From Halobacteriales archaeon SW_5_70_135 (GTDB taxonomy: Archaea; Halobacteriota; Halobacteria; Halobacteriales; SW-7-71-33), in NCBI GenBank assembly GCA_003022865.1, contig PXSK01000036.1:63122-127121 (forward strand): a DNA stretch of 64,000 nt, given 5' to 3'. The stretch's first letter is position 1. The number at the start of each line of letters is the position of its first letter. The notes below the pieces were generated by a model that did no database searches, was not told the origin of the DNA, and saw only the letters and a program-made list of their open reading frames with translations. The position numbers and the translations under genes were made by a program. This document shows positions 63,549 to 64,000 of the stretch, piece after piece.

Positions 63549-64000
63549 CTATCCACGTGCACGGGCGACAGTGTACCCCGCCTCGCGGCGGACGACCTCG
63601 ACCGCGGAGAACGGCAGCGAGTCCTCGTAGGCCAGCGTCTCGTTGTACACCAGCCACAGCCGTCCGTCCGTCGCAAGGACGGACCGCGCTCCCCGGAACA
63701 GGTCGTCGGTCACGCCGCGTCCGGCGTGCGTCGGCGGGTTCATCACGACCAGATCGAACGGTCCCGTCACGCCGTCCGCGGCGTCGGCCGTGTGGACACT
63801 CGCCCGCAGTCCGGCTCGGCGGACCGTCCGCTCGGCACAGGCCGTCGCCGGCCGGCTCGCGTCCGTCAGCGACGGCGTCGTCGCCGCCCCGCCCAGTGCC
63901 GTCCCGAGCGCCCCGTACCCGCAGGCGATATCGAGCAGGCGCGCGCCGTCGAGTGTCGCCTCCCTCGCGACGGTCTCGGCGAGCAGCCGCGTCCCGCGGT
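63549..64000 (-). CDS. Class I SAM-dependent methyltransferase (MTS / RsmC-like, NPPxH motif), C-terminal part; 5' end beyond the window
   Basis: The reverse frame is open from 64000 (...LLDIACGYGALG...VTGPFDLVVMNPPTHAGRG...), with stop TAG at 63551-63549. The track lists only 63549..63770. Confidence 0.65.
   Translation of the reverse strand, partial: RGTRLLAETVAREATLDGARLLDIACGYGALGTALGGAATTPSLTDASRPATACAERTVRRAGLRASVHTADAADGVTGPFDLVVMNPPTHAGRGVTDDLFRGARSVLATDGRLWLVYNETLAYEDSLPFSAVEVVRREAGYTVARARG

Overview
This is a very GC-rich chromosomal segment that looks haloarchaeal (class Halobacteria). The evidence is acidic proteins, a PGF-CTERM substrate-binding protein, LysW-type arginine biosynthesis, many leaderless genes behind AT-rich TATA boxes, and frequent GTGA/ATGA stop-start overlaps. 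Most of it is housekeeping. On the minus strand there is an arginine cluster argG-argH / lysW-lysX-argC-argB-argD-argE(lysK)-argF, with alaX downstream. Other genes: MBF1, two tRNA-Leu genes, a 7TM sensor kinase, a Btu/Fhu-type ABC importer, srp19-gar1 coupled to two presenilin-like proteases, folCP, trkH/trkA, fen1, fumC, pccB/pccX and flpA-nop5. There is also a four-gene prkA-prkA-yeaH-spoVR module. I saw no rRNA genes and no CRISPR array. The non-routine content is: (1) a three-copy, MITE-like repeat family built almost entirely of short perfect hairpins (272-766, 26751-27432, 46709-47566); (2) a 397-aa LAGLIDADG intein splitting the NEGWA|SYW motif of the SpoVR homologue; (3) a tRNA-Leu(CAA) gene that only folds into a cloverleaf if a 45-nt insertion in the T-arm is removed, with a homologue of that insertion plus a duplicated tRNA 3' end behind tRNA-Leu(GAG), next to a low-GC islet; (4) a TnpB-only IS200/IS605-type element inserted exactly between the pccB stop and the pccX start; (5) a run of frameshifted or nonsense-disrupted genes between 51 and 58.5 kb. 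Many long ORFs in the supplied track are off-frame or antisense artefacts of the high GC content. Gene starts were re-set where stop/start overlaps and protein conservation allowed.
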